Of a stretch of DNA of 64,000 nucleotides, positions 63,413 to 64,000 are shown piece by piece. Position 1 is the stretch's first letter. The number at the start of each line of letters is the position of its first letter. The notes under the pieces are model-generated. The model saw only the letters and a list, made by a program, of their open reading frames with translations. It ran no database searches and was not told the DNA's origin. This DNA is from Octopus sinensis. Its lineage: Eukaryota. Position numbers and translations under genes: made by a program. The DNA is taken from the NCBI RefSeq assembly GCF_006345805.1, contig NC_043014.1, positions 14,384,001 through 14,448,000 of the forward strand. The letters are read 5' to 3'.

Positions 63413-63920
63413 GTTTCCATCAAAGTGACACTGGGGTTCAAATATATGAAGCCCAATATACCGTCCGATAGGAGTACACCAGACACATGCGTCACAACCA
63501 TAAGTGCACGATATAGTGAACTCATAACAAGATAAACAGCGCATGACTTTGCAGGTGGGGTCCACATAGAATTTTCTTCAGGTCGAGTAGCCCATCCCAC
63601 TCAAAAGGGTCCTGAATAAGAGCTGTTTGAAGATGATGAGCAAATCACCCATGTTTCCAGATGTGAAATATTCGAACAGTCCCTCTCAACACATGTCTAT
63701 GAGGCTCCCCCGCTACTCTTGTTCGTGATCAGAGATGCACATACCGTCAGCCACTAAGGGACGTGCTCAACTGGTTAAGGTCAAACAACTGACAAGCAAA
63801 TCTGTGGTATTGAGCAGAATATTTGCTGTAGCCCACCTTTTATACCAAGACAAGTATTGAGCAGAATATTTGCAAGACAAAACATGTACATAATAACACT
63901 TCCAATTAGTTAAGATAAGG
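63413..63920 (-). mobile_element. Family Y copy (more diverged)
   Basis: Matches 1660-2165, with an internal ~20-bp duplication gtattgagcagaatatttgc. Confidence 0.8.
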
Positions 63921-64000
63921 AATTATTATTATTATTAGCTTTCATTTTTTTTTTATTTGACCGTCTTAAAATAGAACAAAGAAAAAAATTCATTTATAAT

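Overview
This is an AT-rich, microsatellite-dense eukaryotic window. The SINE families look like Octopus/cephalopod repeats, but that is inferred from recall, not a search. One clear gene is present: an intronless class-A GPCR at 6652-7644 (+) with non-canonical DRY and NPxxY motifs. A second open frame at 31348-31887 (-) encodes an OTU-fold domain lacking both the catalytic Cys and His, and it has splice signals that fit a 498-nt exon. The rest is mostly mobile DNA: four tRNA-headed SINE families (one forming head-to-tail multimers), R4/Dong-type RLE LINE fragments stacked in (TAA)n, and Penelope-like GIY-YIG remnants. There are also remnants of Buster-type hAT, Tc1/mariner, pogo-like MITE, Helitron, CR1-group LINE and Gypsy elements, plus a solo LTR. 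The ORF track misses the most notable signal, a set of type I hammerhead ribozymes: 26026-26083, a mirror pair at 26709-26801 and 26967-27059, and 19830-19877. Three of them lie in short inverted-duplicated, Penelope-pLTR-like insertions in (TA)n. A related copy at 49.4 kb has a target-site duplication and changes strand at the predicted self-cleavage site. A near-perfect 1.94-kb palindrome lies at 34592-36529 and could be real or an assembly fold-back. No rRNA, true tRNA gene or CRISPR array was found. Repeat boundaries were read by eye and are approximate unless TSD/TIR positions are given.
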